From Wallemia ichthyophaga EXF-994 (taxonomy: Eukaryota; Fungi; Basidiomycota), in the NCBI RefSeq assembly GCF_000400465.1, contig NW_008806281.1, positions 20,001-268,000 on the forward strand: a stretch of 248,000 nucleotides of DNA, in the 5' to 3' direction. Shown piece after piece: positions 29,228-42,949 of the stretch. Position numbers and translations under genes: made by a program. Numbering within the stretch: the stretch's first letter is position 1; every line of letters begins with the position of its first letter. The notes below the pieces were generated by a model. The model made no database searches and had not been told where the DNA came from. It saw nothing but the letters and a program-made list of their open reading frames with translations.

Positions 29228-29300
29228 AGCCCCACGCGGGGCTCGAACCCGCAGCCTTGTGATTAAGAGTCACACGCTCTACCGATTGAGCTAGCAAGGC
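29228..29300 (-). tRNA. tRNA-Lys(CTT)
   Basis: Cloverleaf GCCTTGC..CT-CTT-AA..GTTCGAG, T-run trailer. Confidence 0.97.
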
Positions 29301-29723
29301 TTGTTGACAGCAAGCTTCTATTAAGTTATATTATTGTATTTATATAGGCTTCTCAAATTTTTTTGATAAATTCACATCGCAAATGCTTTTGTTGTTGTTA
29401 AACAGACTTTCAGTTGTTGAAATATTTGATTTCCGATTACATAATCCCGACTTACTAGTCATAAAATTGACTAAGATGCACAATTAGTTAAGCCAGAGAG
29501 CAAGATCTCTCTCTACGAGTTTGGTATAGATAGGCGAAGATCAACAATCGTTGTACCGCTTTTGACTATACTTTACGGTTTCTTAAAATATTAAGAAAAA
29601 GACAATAAGGTGTAACGAGCAATTCCGAAATGTATTTGAATTACAATTAATAAATATATACATAAATTCATTTTATGATGAGCAGAGAAGGTGAGTATTC
29701 TAGCCACGCATCTCGCCAGCTCT

Positions 29724-30724
29724 TTACAATTCAAAGAGAGCGTTAGTATTCATGTGTGCGGCATTAGCGACTATATGCAAAGGTAATTCCTTCGCACAAG
29801 CTATGAGATGAGCGATGAGGGGGAGATAACCAGGTTCGTTGCGACCCTTAACGGGTGCTTCCTCACTCCACTTTTCCTTCTTGAGCGGAGGGTTAAGCTT
29901 GAAGAAGTCGTCAAGAGTATCAATGTGCTCGTGCATAGCGTGAGTAGATGAGACACCGCACCACGGAGCATCAGTTTCGATCATGAGTCTGTCGAGTGGA
30001 ACAGCCTTGGCTACTTGGATACTTTCTTCTGTCTTAAGACTACATCCATTCAGACCAATATATAGACCCATTTTGACCTGAGGTGGGTTGAAGTGTGAGT
30101 AGCGAGTTGCGCGTGTATATCTCAGCTACTCACTAATTCGTGCATCTCTTGAACAGTCCCAGTAAAAGAATGCACACAGCCTCGCGGTAGCTTGATTCCA
30201 CAGGTAGATTTGATGACCTTGACCAAATCACTGTGGCAGTTACGGGAGTGAAGGAACATAGGCATGTCCAGTCTCTGAGCTAGTTGTAGCTGTGCGGTGA
30301 AAGCCTCTATCTGTTTAGGTTTATCGCTACAGCGAGTGCGAGCGCGTGTAAGTGAGACATGAAAGAGGGAGCAAAAAAAAACAACACACGCGAAATGCAA
30401 CCTGTCCCAATCAAGACCACACTCACCCACAGCCACTACCCTCTTCCCTCTGACGGCGCCTCTGTATCGGTTATCGGAGATGAACTGCTCGAGTTGGGTG
30501 ATGTATCCGTCGACGAATTCATTTGAGCGGGTAGGATGTAGACCAGCTGTGGAGAAGTACGCGAAGTCACTGAACTGAGTAGCGAGGTTATGTGCTTCGA
30601 CGCTTTCTTCTAGATTACCGCCGGTGAGCATGGCGCCATCGACACCAACCCTGTGAGCTCTCTCCACCACGGCTTTTAGATCGTCCGGATGAGATTGCTT
30701 GGATCTATAAACACCGCGGAACAT
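29724..30724 (-). CDS. TatD-family DNase
   Basis: GECGLD, FLHSR, CVHSFTG, IETDAPW. Confidence 0.92.
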
Positions 30725-30924
30725 GCTGTCCGCGAGATTGAGGCCGATGTCTTGTGTGTCACGGTCGTCAGCAGTGAGATATCACCGACGGGAGCATCAA
30801 ACACACCGATGAACCTCAGTTCCGATAGAGAATCTAATTGTAATTGCCTTATTTGGCGCTTGAGTGCTTCCATCTTGTCCATTGTGCACTCGAGTTGAGA
30901 GTCAACGACCAAGAGCCCCGAGAA

Positions 30925-31917
30925 ATGTCATGGTTCAAACGATCTGCACAGAATTATATCCCTCAAGCAGGTGAAGACCGTATGCGGAACGAGCTGCTTG
31001 GTGGTGACGGCACGCAAGCGCAAGCGCAAGCACTAGCTGATGAGGAAGACGCTGCAAGTATGCGCCCGCCCTCGTACACAACAGTAGATAAGGGTGGCGA
31101 TGCAGCTGACGACGCAGCGCGTAGTGAGTTGTTCAGCGGCGCACCGCCACGCACAGCCCAGCGCAATCAGGGCGGTGGAATCACCAACTCTGCCCAAGGT
31201 CTCGATGAGGAGCAACACACAGCCAATGAAGATGAGGACGTCGAGGCTATTAAGCAGCAGACTCGATTCGTTAAGGAGGATAGTAGAGAGAGTACGAGGA
31301 ATGCACTACGTATCGCACGCGAGACTGAGGATAATGCTGCTAATACCATGATGAAATTGGGTGACCAATCAGAGCGTGTCGCTGACACTGAACGTCATCT
31401 CGATCTCGCTAAAGCACACGCTAATCGCGCAGAAGATAAGGGGAAAGAACTCAAGAAACTAAACCGGTCCATCTTCAGGCCTGTCATGTCGTGGCAGACG
31501 GATAGGAGGAGACGCGAAGTTCAGCAGCGCATTGAAGATAGACACGAAACTGAGCGTGAGGAGAGGGAAAAAGCACACGTGGATGTCTTTACATCGAGGA
31601 AGAGGGTTGATAACGTATTGGATCCTCAGAAAAGAGGATTCGGTGGTTTTGGAAGGAAAAAGCCTGAGCAGTCGTCGACGGTGGAGAGATCCAAGTACCA
31701 GTTCGAAGCGACAGCGAGTGATGACGAATTGGAAGACGAAATTGATGGAAATCTCAACGATATCAATCAGGCAGTCGGCAATCTCAAGCGATTCGCTATA
31801 GCCTCCGGCGAAGAAGTCGGTACACAGAACGATAGGCTGGACGACATCCACAACAAGGCTGGTAAACTGGATGACAAGATATTCAGAAACACTCAGAAAC
31901 TCAAGAAGATCAATTGA
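30925..31917 (+). CDS. SEC9: SNAP25-like t-SNARE
   Basis: Two SNARE helices; SKYQFEATASDDELEDEID. Confidence 0.9.
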   Translation: MSWFKRSAQNYIPQAGEDRMRNELLGGDGTQAQAQALADEEDAASMRPPSYTTVDKGGDAADDAARSELFSGAPPRTAQRNQGGGITNSAQGLDEEQHTANEDEDVEAIKQQTRFVKEDSRESTRNALRIARETEDNAANTMMKLGDQSERVADTERHLDLAKAHANRAEDKGKELKKLNRSIFRPVMSWQTDRRRREVQQRIEDRHETEREEREKAHVDVFTSRKRVDNVLDPQKRGFGGFGRKKPEQSSTVERSKYQFEATASDDELEDEIDGNLNDINQAVGNLKRFAIASGEEVGTQNDRLDDIHNKAGKLDDKIFRNTQKLKKIN

Positions 31918-32014
31918 AATGGCTGTAATTATACGAATTTTCACATGGACAATCATCACAACCAAGAATAAATACCAACAAGGGACATGAAATCAAGGGA
32001 GCAAACTAACAAAT

Positions 32015-32483
32015 TTACTTCTTTGAAACCTTACCAATTTCCTCGACGTTGAGGGCTGCAATGAGTGGTCAGTGAGGGTTATTCCAGACTCGTCAAGGAG
32101 CGATCTTCGTTCGCTATTCAGAGCCGGTGTGATTGTCGTAAAGAGCAACACATAGTCCCCTCTTAGAGTTGAATAGTGCGAAAAGCACATCGCCCTGACA
32201 AGCCGAATATTACTCACTTGGTGGAAGAGATTGCTTGAGCTTCTCCGCCTTCTCGCCGTCAGAGACGACAAGAGTGTAGAGGTAGCGTGAGCAACGGATC
32301 TTGAACTTGGTAAGTTGAGCTGCCTCGCCCTTGCTACCAACGGTGTTGGTCTTCTTGATGCGGGCTGAGCGAGCATCCTTACGACGAGCGATTTCGAGGA
32401 AGTTCTTGATGTCCTTGATCTGTGGCGTGCGCATTAGAATGCTATGTGTACAACGTGTCCTGTCTGCTCACTTCTTGTGGCAT
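32015..32483 (-). CDS. RPL38: 60S ribosomal protein eL38
   Basis: [28 protein letters not shown]; introns. Confidence 0.95.
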
Positions 32484-32810
32484 TTTTAAAATTGCTCGTG
32501 GTCGTACACAGGGAAGTCACGGTCGTAAGATTTGAGGGGATGGATTAGATGAATTTTTTGTGCAGGCGGTGAGGCGGCGTGGTGGTGTATATATCTTTAT
32601 GTAATATAAATATATGTTAATATCCTTAAGTGCTTTATTGCTTGATACAGTGCACCGTTCACGATTACAGATGGAAATGGAGGTTGATGAGATGACAGCG
32701 AGATAAACACTGCCAGCTCACCGTCAGCATAAGAATACACCGCCAGTCACTCTGAAATCTCACTTGATTCCCTGCTTCGAATCTCCATTTCTATCTTTAT
32801 CGCCACCACC

Positions 32811-33224
32811 ATGCAGCGCACAATCGCAAGGCTAGCTACTACGAAAGCTACAGTACTACCTCCGCCTACTCTCCCACACTTTCATCAAAAGGTACAGCTA
32901 TCTGATGGCTCGACGATAACAATGTTCACAACGTCGCCGAGATCTGTGATAAAGTCATCCAAGGACACAGGCAACCACGCCGTCTGGAATCCACAGAGCG
33001 TGAAGCTTACCACGGAAGACGAGTCTGGCAGATTGACCAGATTCGCAAAGAGATTCGGTCTCGAGGCAGATGACGGGCCAGAGAAGGGCAGGCTCGAGAG
33101 ACAGATGGCTTTGGGTGGATTCGGCGACCAGGACCTCGAGAATATCGACAGAGAGGCCACAGAGTCTGAAAAGAAGATACAGGCTAAACCAGAACACAAG
33201 CCAGCACCAAAGAAAAAGAAGTAG
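32811..33224 (+). CDS. MRPL36: Mitochondrial ribosomal protein bL31m
   Basis: QLSDGSTITMFTTSPR..GRLTRFAKRF. Confidence 0.8.
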   Translation: MQRTIARLATTKATVLPPPTLPHFHQKVQLSDGSTITMFTTSPRSVIKSSKDTGNHAVWNPQSVKLTTEDESGRLTRFAKRFGLEADDGPEKGRLERQMALGGFGDQDLENIDREATESEKKIQAKPEHKPAPKKKK

Positions 33225-33550
33225 TTGCGCAATTAACTTATTAATACACTAGAGATACATGAGATTGCAAAAACAGTTTGAATTTAAATGGACTTGGGTA
33301 ATTTCTCCTTCCACGCAGTCTCCACGACTTCCATTGTGCGGTAGATGAGATAGAGACCGCGAAAGCTGAGGACGTCCTTATCTCCGTCGACATATGCTTT
33401 GTTCTTGACGCAGTCGAGGTACGGGATCGTTGTGGGGAACTTGAACGATTTTGAGCCGTGTGAGCCATCCAAACGTCTCAACATGGCCTGCTGAATGGAG
33501 TTCCACCTGATTTTATAGTGAGTGGGTTAGCTGGATATTCTAAAAGCCAC

Positions 33551-34198
33551 CTACCATTCGACATGTGCAGCTCTATCGTAATCGCCCTCGTGCTTATTTG
33601 ACATCATAAGATCTTGTGCGATGAGAATTCTTCTAGCCTCCATTTGCCTAGTCTGGTGTAACTTGGCAAGACGTCTGTAGTAGTGTGTCGGCATAGAGTC
33701 AGCGTCTGCATCGCTGAGATTCTCTATGTCAGATTCGAGCGTCAGGGTAGATATCTTTACAGCATCACCTTCCCAGCCCAATTTGGCAGCCACAGCGTAT
33801 GCTCTCAATGGCTCACTGAAAGCATGGTAGAGCAGATCAGCGCGCATCATGTTGAGCACCTTATCGCTGTCGAATTTGAGGGCCAAACAAATGACGGATT
33901 TGATATGATCGATGTTTTTAAATTCGATGGATTGATTTGTGATTATCTGCAATAACGGTTTGAGCTCTGTGGAAGACTCATGCATGTGGATAACTCTGTC
34001 ATCGCCGGCGTTAGATGGCTGCGGGAGATCAAACAAGCTGTTCCAAAAGGCTGAGGTGTTTGATAGGAGCTGGTAGTCAAGATTGAAGTGCACGGAATCG
34101 GAAGTAATTAAGCAGCAATTTCTATCGCCAAGATTATGGCTAAAATCGCTGTCGGTGGTCATGGTTAGAGTACAAGAGTATTCGTTTGTGTTTTCCAA
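33551..34198 (-). CDS. BTB/POZ-like domain protein
   Basis: LITSDSVHF..SAFWNSLFDLPQP; EPLRAYAVA. Confidence 0.7.
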   Translation of the reverse strand: MENTNEYSCTLTMTTDSDFSHNLGDRNCCLITSDSVHFNLDYQLLSNTSAFWNSLFDLPQPSNAGDDRVIHMHESSTELKPLLQIITNQSIEFKNIDHIKSVICLALKFDSDKVLNMMRADLLYHAFSEPLRAYAVAAKLGWEGDAVKISTLTLESDIENLSDADADSMPTHYYRRLAKLHQTRQMEARRILIAQDLMMSNKHEGDYDRAAHVEW

Positions 34199-34595
34199 AT
34201 TAAGTAGTCTGCATTTAGAAGTTTGGATGATCCGGGTGAGTTGTTGGAGTAAAACAGTGGGAAAAGACGGAGAGAGGATCAGTGATTGTGTCTAAGTAGA
34301 CCCACTCAATTCATTACAAGCACGCCTCAAAATACTCCCATCGATTTAGCCGATTTGATGCAAATTTTACGCAGGAAATGCAGGAACAATTAATCAAACG
34401 GAGACTTATAGGGTATTGCCTATGCGATATTAAATCTTATAATTCATACTACTGGTCTATGTCTTTGACTTGTTTTACTAACTCTACGTGTTGCAGCGAG
34501 TGATCTGCAGATATCGGATTAAGGTTCAAATGATCACAAGATAATTTCAATCTGCGTTGCACGAAACAATCATCATCTAAATTTTATTTATTAAA

Positions 34596-35878
34596 ATGCC
34601 AATCCCAGTCGAGAGCCTAACGCACTCCAGCGATGAATATATCCACATCCCGCTATCCTCTCTGAAAAAGGCTACAATTAGATCTTCCAGGTGTGTCTGG
34701 TATCTGGAGATAGCCTTGTATATCTGCTAACACCTCCCAGTGATTTCCGCAGCGATGTCGTTACCGTGCCCACCCCTGAAGTACTCGAAGCTATGGTAAA
34801 CGCTACTTTCCACGATGAAATCTACGAAGGCGATGCGACTATTGCTGCACTTGAATCTAAAATGGCTAAAATGGCTGGAAAGGAGGCTGCAATGTGGGTT
34901 GTATCTGGCACGCAGGTGAGTTGAGTGATTTCCCATATAGTTCCAGCCATCTAACGCAGTTTGATCCAGGCTAATCAAATATCCCTACGTACCCATCTCC
35001 ATCAGCCTCCTCACTCCATCCTCTGCGACCATAGGGCTCACATCTACTGCTGGGAATCTGGCGCAATCTCCGTTCTTTCACAAGCCCAATGTACTCCTGT
35101 TATACCACGCAACAGGCGTCATCTTACAGTACACGACATAGCTCATTCTATGATACCAGATGGGAATATCCACTTTGCACCTACAAAAGTTATATCTCTC
35201 GAAAATACGTTGTCTGGTACAATTCTCCCGCTTGCTGAGGCACAGAGAATTAGGCAATACGCACTCAATCACCCTAACAAACCAAAGATGCACTTAGACG
35301 GCGCCAGGCTGTTCGATGCCGTCGTCGCTGAAGGTGTTAGCCTGACTGATTACTGCGATAACTTTGACAGCGTGAGCTTATGTATACAGAAAGGTACTGG
35401 TGCGCCTGTAGGATCCATGATTGTTGGCGACAAGCCTTTCATCGATAGGGCCAAATGGTACAGGAAAATGTTCGGTGGTGGTGCGAGACAACCGGGTATG
35501 CTGGCTGCTGCAGGGATTGCAGCTCTCGACCAAGCTCTACCACTCATAGCACTCACGCAACACAAGGCAAAATTAGTATCAGAATATCTCACAATGGAAC
35601 TGGGGCTAAAATTATCAGTACCCACCGAAACCAATATGATTGTGTTGGATTTGGAAGAGGCAGGTATCCCGCCGCGCGTTTTTAGACACCGCCTCTTCCA
35701 GTTCGGAGTTAGAGTGTTCGATCAGGGTAGACTCGTGTTCCACAACCAAATATCAGACCAGGGCGTGTCGGCGCTGTGTCAGGGCGTGAAGTCACTCGTG
35801 ATTGATGCCAGAATACCCAATAAGTTGGATCAACTGGATCAGGAGATAGAGTATACTGAATCACTGTCTCAAAACTAA
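34596..35878 (+). CDS. GLY1: Low-specificity L-threonine aldolase
   Basis: DFRSDVVT, LENT, HLDGARL, KGTGAPVGS. Confidence 0.92.
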
Positions 35879-36046
35879 TAGGATAAGCGATTTCTTTGTT
35901 TTTCATAGATTATTAATGTTTAACGATTTTATGTTATGGAGACACATAGTGTATGTGTGCCTTGTTTGTACGTCGTGTATGCTGCTTGTGTCTCGTGCGT
36001 GCCGCGTGTATGCCGTGGCTTCACCTCTTACAATATCACCACCACC

Positions 36047-39000
36047 ATGCTCGATGATTTCGTACAGCACCCGAACGAAGCGAGCGGAGTAAAATCCCAG
36101 AAGATGGTAGATGATAATGGCTGGCAATCAGATCCAAACGTGCAGGCGAGTGCGTCATCTCAGCGTGTTCCCTGGCTAACAGCACAGCAGTTGCTGGAGA
36201 TAGAGCACCAAGCCCCGCAAGAAGCTGGAGATGGAATGTTTGAGCTTACGCAGGTTCAATTCACTCCGCCGTCGCACATTGTTCATCTCACCGTTATCAA
36301 CAACTTGATATACATTCTCCTCGAATCGGCGCAGATACTGCGAATAAATCTGCTGCAGGCGGATGTGATAGACAGCATACAGGTGCAAGTACAGGCTATC
36401 TCTCCCAGTGCACGCATCTACGCAGACGCTTCACTCAGGCACTTGCTCCTGGTAGACACCACCGTGCACTACATCCAACCAGACAACAAACGCTCGAAGC
36501 AGCTCCCCAAGATGTCCAAACTCACGCCCAGCTGTGTTCATTTCGTCAACTCGAGGCAGTCGCTCTCCTCGGCTCTTGTTCTCGCAGGCACAGCCGAAGG
36601 CTCAGTGTATCAGGCAGTGATCAACCCAAATCCCTCAGATATTTTCAGAAAGAATAGCGAAGAGCGCCACCTGAAGCAACTTTTCTCGTTCAATGAACCC
36701 ATCGTCGAAATCAATTCACATGTCTACCCAGACCGCAAGAGTGCTCTCGCGATAGTAGTCACCAGATCGCGACTGTACACGTTCATAGGACCATTCGGTA
36801 AGATAGACAATGATGGTGGTGTTGGCCTCGAGACGGTTTTCTCACAGTCGCCCTTCTCCATAAAGATCACAGACGGTGCAGATGCAGGTGCGCATACACA
36901 TACACTTGAGTCGCATGCATCTTTCTACTACAACACCACCAATCGCAGCCCACACACGCACAGCCCGCGCGCTCTGTCGTGGCTATGCGACAGATCGCTC
37001 TACAACGCGTGGCTGGACACGGAGACGCGTAATGCGGAGAAAGTTTGCGCAGGTGCGACGCTCACAGAGGTAGAGGGCGGAGTGCGAGGGGTGCTTCTCA
37101 CCGCATACCACTGTCTATGTCTGTACAATGGCGCGATCAAGGCATACCGCATTCTCGACGGGGCCGTTGTGTGGGATGAGCAAATACCCAAGGGTATTAG
37201 GGGGATGGCGCGCGACAATTTCCACCACACACTCTGGCTTTACTCTGACGACGCCATTTACGAACTTACCATCACTGATGAAGACCGCGATATCTGGAAA
37301 GTCCATCTGTGTAAACGTGACTTTGAAAAGGCGTTGCGAAGCAGCAAGAGCGCCGTCGATCGTGATGTCATTCTCGGAAAGGAGGCTGATCTTTACTTTG
37401 CTCAAGGCAAGTTTATCCAATCGGCTCAGATTTACGCCCAGTCTACGTCTAAACCATTCGAGAGCGTTGTGCTGCAGTTTGTGGAGGTCGACGAACGCGA
37501 CGCTCTCAGATACTACCTAAGCGCTAGATTGGAACGCAGTAAGAAAACTGAATTGACTCAGCGAATGATGCTCGCTACGTGGTTGCTGGAAATATACCTC
37601 GATAAACTCAATCAGCTCGACGATCTTATTAGCGAAAATACCAACGAGGATGCAGAAAATGCCAGAATGGAATTAGAGATGATGATGGATGATGTCAAGG
37701 TGTTTATCAAAACGTATAAGCAGAATTTGGATAAGAATGTGGTATATAAAAGTCTCAAACTTCACGCTAGACTTGATTTGCTGCTTGAGTTTGCGACGTG
37801 CATCGACGATTACAAAGTCATACTCGAACAACACTCGTATCATTGCAGATGGCGAGATATACTGCATGTGCTGGCAGGACAGGTGGGTATTTATCAGCAC
37901 ATGCATTACCACTAAACAAGTCCACATAAGTCTGATCTCGAGCTTCACTACAAGTACGCACCAAGACTGCTGCGCGAGGCTACGCAGCATACCGTCGAGA
38001 TATGGAAGCGGGAGCCCAGACTAGATTTGAAGCGGCTGATACCATCTCTAATACAATGTGAGAAACTTTCCAAGGAGAGCAGAATGCATGCAACGAAGTA
38101 CATGGAATGGAAACTTGATTATGACAGCGTGGACGAACCTATAGCGTACAACGTGTACATTACACTACTCTCCAAAGACGAAGAAAGGGAAGAAGAGCTA
38201 GTAGAGTATCTCAAACGAACGACGACAGCTAGATTTGATATGGATTTCGCTCTCCGTCTGTTTCATAAACGTGGACTTAAGAGGGCTACAATACAGATGT
38301 ATGCGCTAATGGAGCTGTTCGACAGCAGCGTAGATCTTGCTATCGAGAGCGGAGATCTAGATTTAGCTACGGTGTATGCGGATAAACCGGCAGACGATCC
38401 AATCTTGCGCAAGAAATTATGGCTCAGGATAGCAAAGGTGATAGTGCAGGATCGGAGGGATATAAAGAGGTGTGTGTTTGAGAGTTTATACTATTTAACG
38501 AAACTAAATCACTCAGTGCGATGCAGTTCCTCGAAGGATCAGATGTGCTGCAGTTGGAAGACATACTTCCATTCTTCCCTTCGTTCGAAGTAGTGGATGA
38601 CTTTAAGGAGGAGATATGCAACGCATTGGATAGGTATTCATCGCGAATTGAGCAATTGTCGACGGAGATGGACGAGACAGGACATACATCACAACGCATC
38701 AAGGGTGATATGGATAAACTCAAGGATAGAAAAGTGGTCGTTGCTGCAGATGAGAAGTGCGCCATATCAGGGAAAGCGATAAGAGGGAGTGAATTTTACG
38801 TGTTCCCAACGCAGCGCGTGTATAGGGTGGATGCGCTGATCGAGAAGGTAGCGACATACGCAAAGCCAGAGACGCTACGGAGGATCGTAGAGTTGCAGGC
38901 GGAGATAGAGGGAGTGAAAAACATGCATCAAGCGAAACCAACCAAGGCAGGATTTAGTGGAGAGAGGCTTAGGGAGTTGGTGGTGCCTTCGACAATCAAT

Positions 39001-39159
39001 CAGATATTTAACACGAACAACAAGACATCTAAGAGGAAGGATGTGGTTAAGCTGCGGAAAGAGCTCGATGAGATACTGTCCAAGTCAGATCCGTTGGTGG
39101 AAGAGAGCGTGGTGAACGTAGACAAGCCATTCAGAAGGAATGAAAAGTGGGAGATATGA
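36047..39159 (+). CDS. PEP3: HOPS/CORVET subunit Vps18
   Basis: Pep3 beta-propeller, LATWLLEIYL, C-terminal degenerate RING. Confidence 0.9.
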
Positions 39160-39276
39160 AATGACGAATGAATAGCAAGAAAAAATAAAAATAAAACATT
39201 TTTATAATTTTTGACGTTTACCTGTGAAATATAAGTGTTGTGTTGTTGATCTCGTACCCTAAACGTGAAAGTGAAA

Positions 39277-41142
39277 ATGGATGAAGAATTATTCCCTGTG
39301 GCATTGCTGCTTGATGAATTGAAGTGGGTAGATAATCACTTTAACCAATTAGAAAGCTTAGAGCAATTACAGATCTGACGACGTTACATTGCGCCTAAAT
39401 GCTATTCACAGAATATCAACAATCGCTTTGGCACTTGGCCCAGAAAGAACGCGTGATGAGCTCATTCCTTTCTTGCAAGATTCCCTCGACGACGAAGATG
39501 AGGTTCTCCTCGCTTTAGCCGAGGAATTGGGATCTTTCACTGAGTACGTAGGTGGAAAGGAATACGCGCATGTAACGCTCTCACCGCTGGAGTCATTGGC
39601 TGGTATGGAAGAGACGCTTGTCAGGGATAAGGTGGGTTACTCTGGCGGTTTATACGCCAGCAGCTCACCCACACTCAAAAACAGGCTTCAGAATCCATAA
39701 ACAAAATCGCTACAGATTTGTCTAGCGAGCAGGTGGAGACTGACTACCTCCCACTTCTCCAACGACTTACCAATGGTGACTGGTTCACTCCACGTACCTC
39801 TGCTTGCGCTCTCTTCGCTTCAGTCTACCAAACCGCAAATGAAAGTACGCGCAATGAGCTCCGTGGACTTTTTAAGAAACTCACAAACGACGATACTCCA
39901 ATGGTTAGAAGATCCGCTGCTAAGAATCTTGCTGGTTTCATAAACGTCCTTGAGCCGAATGAAATTTTCTCTGAATTCATCGACGTTTATAAGAAATTAG
40001 CCATTGATGATCAAGACAGCGTTAGATTGCTCACCGTAGAAGCATTGATCACAATCATGAAGAAGCTAGACAAATCTCAAGTTAACTCTGAGCTCTTGCC
40101 TTGTGTTCGAGCTGCATGCAACGACGCTTCTTGGAGAGTTAGATTCATGGTTGGCCAGAAGTTTGTTGAAATGGCTGAATGCGTCAATCAAGATATCATT
40201 CGTGATGAATTGGTACAGGCTTTCGTTAACTTGTTAAAGGATAATGAGGCAGAAGTTAGAACTGCGTCCGCTTCTCAAATACCTGGCGTCGCTAAATTTG
40301 TTGATCAAGAAATAGTTTTGGCAAAGATATTGCCCGTTGTGAGAGATATTGCAGGTGATCAATCACAACATGTTAGAGCAGCCGTTGCGAATGAATTATC
40401 AGGATTAGCACCATTATTGGGTAAAGATGAAACAGTTGAAAACGTTTTACCAATTTTCCTTCAACTTTTGAAAGATGAATTCCCAGATGTTAGATTAAAC
40501 ATCATTTCAAGACTTGATAAGGTGAATGATGTGATTGGTATTGATTACCTTTCAAAGGCATTACTACCCGCAATCTTTGAGTTAGCAGAAGATAAACAAT
40601 GGAGAGTTAGACAAGCAATAATTGAGTATATACCACTTTTAGCAAAACAATTAGGCGTAGAATTCTTCAATGAGCAATTGGGTAACCTTTGCATGTCATG
40701 GTTGGGTGATACAGTATTCTCAATAAGAGATGCAGCGACTATAAACTTAAAAAATTTGACAGAAGTGTTTGGATCAGATTGGGCATCACAAACGGTAGTA
40801 CCAAAGGTGGTAGCAATGGGAAATCACTCCAACTACTTATACAGAATGACGACAGTATTTGCGATAACGACAATGTCACCTGCATTACAACCAAAAGTGA
40901 TTCAAGAGCAAATATTAACGATAATATTATCATTAACGACAGATGCAATTCCAAATGTTCGATTCAACGTTGCAAAATGTTTAGAAGTATTGAGTGGAAA
41001 CCTACAACAAACACCAGAAGGACAAGAAGTAATCCAAAGAGAAATTTTACCTGCGGTGGACAAGCTGAAAGAGGATCCAGATGCAGATGTGAGGTACTTC
41101 TCAAATAAAGCAATTGAGTCAATTACAGGTGTTAAAAACTAA
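39277..41142 (+). CDS. TPD3: PP2A scaffold subunit A
   Basis: HEAT repeats; [17 protein letters not shown]. Confidence 0.96.
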
Positions 41143-41232
41143 TTATAATTGTAATTAACGATTTAACTTTTTTATTTGATTGAGTCATCGAGTCATCATC
41201 TAGTTATTGAGTCTGTCAATACCGTGATCACA

Positions 41233-42876
41233 ATGGATTCAAACGAAGTGATCACGCTTGATCACGCAGAGCCCAGCCATTCATCATCGCCGTTAAATAG
41301 ATTACAGCAGTCACCTTCACATTCCAGCCTCGGTGTTTCAAAGTTGCTGTCACTGCCCGCTATCAATCTCAGTCTACACTCGTCTATAGTGTTTCTACAT
41401 CCACGACTCAACGATAACAATGAGGACGATGATGGCAGTGTTAGTCTACCACCACCTTCTTCTGAAGATGAGGATGTTATCCGAGGTGTGGTTGAGCTTT
41501 ACCTGCCATCATCACGTAAAATACACGGGATAGAAGTTAGGTTAATTGGATCTCAATGTATTAACTTCCCGAGTGGTGCATACGAGACTTTTCCAGTTCT
41601 CGACAAGTTTGTCGAGATAGATAAGACTTATTTGGAGAAAGGCACGCATAAATTTGAGTTTTCAATTATTATTCCATCTTCAACGCCGGGGTATGAGAGG
41701 TGCGCCTATGGGCGGGTGTACTACTATGTACGAGCCAAAGCGATAAGTGCAGGACCGCTCGGATTTGATTTAACGGATTCGAGGGAGGTGCTACTCGTTA
41801 TTAACCCCAATCCTGAAGGAGAACCGAGTGGATTGAGCTGGCACCACGATCAGATAATCGACGGTCTTGGAGCTATGTCTATAGATGTAGAATCTACCCA
41901 TCTTACTATCGGCGGACCTGTTCATTTACGCCTCCACCTCCACGAACCACCAAAGGGCGCCACGTTGCATTGCATCAATGTGTCGTTGCTGCAATATATC
42001 ACTCTGCGCAATAGAGATAGGAGTAAGGAGGAGAAAGCACCGGCTGTAGCTGTGAAATTCTTTCAACTTGGTTCGAGGAAACACGAGCCACTGCTCAGTC
42101 CATATGAGGAAGTGGACGAGGATGGATGGAAGCATGAGTGGATAGGCAGACTACCTGACGACGACCACGCCCGTCCGAGCACAGTCAAGACCAACAAAAC
42201 ATCCATCATCATCTCACATCAGTTGCTAGTACAGATATTCGTCACACCGTCCAACCTAGACGGAGAGCACGTGCGCGATAAAGATGATAAATCGCAGATG
42301 AAAGTTATAAGCATACGTAGACCTATCTTCGCCAGTAGCTGCTGCGTGAGTCTCGACTCAATCACACTGCCCGCTTATGAAGAGGTTGCACCCAGTCAAG
42401 ATGTAATGTACGAGTGTGCATGTGGTCAGCCGTTGAAATCACTTATTGCTAAAGAAACAGCGGTACCGCAAACGGGATCGGGTGGGGTAATGTCAATGTC
42501 AAGTGGTGGCATGCATGGTGGTATGCCAGGCACATCTGATCTCAGTAATGCTCTGCTACCTATCGCACAGGAGCAGGAAGATGAAGAGAAGGCGAGACTG
42601 GCTAATGAAGATGGCAGACAGGGTAGAACTCATGCGCGATTCGCTGATAATTATGTTAGCAGACAGCAGTCGAGAGATAGCTCCCTTAATAGAAACACAC
42701 GCTCTAGGTCACGCCCTTCATCCATCACATCGCCATGTATAGAACCCTCACCGTCGTCACAGTCACTCTCACGTGAAGCTAGATCTAGATCAAGGAATTG
42801 GTTCAAGCGCGCCACTTCAAGATCTACCTCAAGAGCTAACAGTAGAGCTCCTTCACCGGCTAGACGTAATTCGTAA
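41233..42876 (+). CDS. Arrestin-related trafficking adaptor
   Basis: GTHKFEFSIIIP..YYYVRA; LPAY motif. Confidence 0.75.
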   Translation: MDSNEVITLDHAEPSHSSSPLNRLQQSPSHSSLGVSKLLSLPAINLSLHSSIVFLHPRLNDNNEDDDGSVSLPPPSSEDEDVIRGVVELYLPSSRKIHGIEVRLIGSQCINFPSGAYETFPVLDKFVEIDKTYLEKGTHKFEFSIIIPSSTPGYERCAYGRVYYYVRAKAISAGPLGFDLTDSREVLLVINPNPEGEPSGLSWHHDQIIDGLGAMSIDVESTHLTIGGPVHLRLHLHEPPKGATLHCINVSLLQYITLRNRDRSKEEKAPAVAVKFFQLGSRKHEPLLSPYEEVDEDGWKHEWIGRLPDDDHARPSTVKTNKTSIIISHQLLVQIFVTPSNLDGEHVRDKDDKSQMKVISIRRPIFASSCCVSLDSITLPAYEEVAPSQDVMYECACGQPLKSLIAKETAVPQTGSGGVMSMSSGGMHGGMPGTSDLSNALLPIAQEQEDEEKARLANEDGRQGRTHARFADNYVSRQQSRDSSLNRNTRSRSRPSSITSPCIEPSPSSQSLSREARSRSRNWFKRATSRSTSRANSRAPSPARRNS

Positions 42877-42949
42877 AATGTATTTGTAGATTTTAGTTTA
42901 AATATCCACGCATAGCATATTGTAATGTAATCGTTTTACTCGAGTGCTA

